Part shown: positions 36,691-36,691 of the stretch, piece after piece
Numbering within the stretch: the stretch's first letter is position 1
Layout: every line of letters begins with the position of its first letter
Source: Halocafeteria seosinensis
Taxonomy: Eukaryota
Length of the DNA: 36,691 nucleotides
Assembly: GCA_001687465.1 (NCBI GenBank)
Contig: LVLI01001229.1
Coordinates: 62,001-98,691 of the forward strand
Reading direction: 5' to 3'
Made by a program: the position numbers and the translations under genes
The notes under the pieces: model-generated
Told to the model about the DNA's origin: nothing
Seen by the model: only the letters and a program-made list of their open reading frames with translations
The model's database searches: none

Positions 36691-36691
36691 C
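34123..36691 (-). repeat. GLUG-like module array of gene C (two complete modules plus the tail of a third)
   Basis: Complete modules at 35347-36546 (DIREFILEGQEPC...FPLLRFQL) and 34123-35316 (DLRQFFLENGEPC...LPVLKFQV); a partial module lies at 36586-36691. Confidence 0.88.

Overview
Eukaryotic, probably protist, genomic DNA; the lineage is an inference. About 33 of 36.7 kb is taken up by three giant, apparently intron-free paralogous genes for predicted cell-surface multi-pass membrane proteins. Gene A (<1..12201, +) runs off the left edge. Gene B (14235..26798, -) is complete, about 4187 aa, with a signal peptide. Gene C (28690..>36690, -) runs off the right edge. All three share a ~1300-aa C-terminal core: a Cys-containing domain, Ig-like/BACON-like beta domains, an ephrin-receptor-like Cys-rich region and a ~9-TM domain with TRP-like/FLC-type motifs. 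Their ectodomains differ and are built from ~400-aa Gly-rich GLUG-like beta-solenoid modules (2+ in A, 6 in B, 2+ in C), mucin-like S/T/P stalks of different lengths and, in A only, three ~450-470-aa modules ending in a degenerate GAIN/GPS-like motif. Gene B's modules show an alternating and patchwork pattern suggesting higher-order duplication plus conversion. The two intergenic regions hold only decayed ORF-like fragments, a palindrome cluster and microsatellites. No rRNA, tRNA, CRISPR array or intact mobile element was recognised. Family assignments come from motif recognition by eye, not from database searches.
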